Shown here: in pieces, positions 63,926-64,000 of the stretch
How the letters are laid out: each line of letters begins with the position of its first letter
Numbering within the stretch: the stretch's first letter is position 1
Source: a virus
Taxonomy: Duplodnaviria > Caudoviricetes
Direction: 5' to 3' (one strand)
Virus record (IMG/VR): IMGVR_UViG_2889388703_000001
Span: 37,071-101,070 of that record
Length of the DNA stretch: 64,000 nt
Made by a program: the position numbers and the translations under genes
Notes under the pieces: model-generated
Databases searched by the model: none
Seen by the model: the letters and a program-made list of their open reading frames with translations, nothing else
Told to the model about the DNA's origin: nothing

Positions 63926-63963
63926 CAAAGATATACAAGGTTAATATGGTAATGAAGGACAAA
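63926..63963 (-). promoter_or_regulatory. late promoter motif, copy 6 (portal operon)
   Basis: TTTGTCCTTCA-N19-TATCTTTG. Confidence 0.8.
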
Positions 63964-64000
63964 TCGAGTAGGAGGAACGGGATTAATTCCCGTTCCGACC

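Overview
This 64 kb window is almost entirely one temperate, long-tailed (siphovirus-like) phage or prophage of a Bacteroidales host. The host call rests on TAnnTTTG -7 promoter boxes and AT-rich leaders without Shine-Dalgarno sequences. Structural content: portal, S49 protease/scaffold, major capsid protein, tail and baseplate genes, a 1924-aa tape measure and a lysis cassette. Replication and control: a CHC2-Toprim-P-loop primase/helicase, a candidate origin, a four-HTH repressor/Cro switch and a Rha/ANT antirepressor module. Two long arrays of small accessory genes complete it. Most notable observations: (1) a tyrosine-recombinase invertible segment (14-bp IRs at 44363 and 45103) that would swap the C-terminus of a tail-tip protein, plus a candidate sRNA complementary to the recombinase 5' UTR; (2) an uncharacterised Cys/Gly-rich operon just after the lysis genes, with its own DnaA-domain-IV-like regulator, five 11-bp-phased GAA boxes and two +1-frame extensions; (3) six copies of a phage-specific late promoter, TGTCCTTCA-N19-TAnnTTYG, heading dispersed structural operons; (4) three 34-35 bp palindromic operators. 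No terminase, att site, CRISPR array, reverse transcriptase or tRNA was recognised. All protein functions come from reading motifs and synteny by eye; no database search was run.
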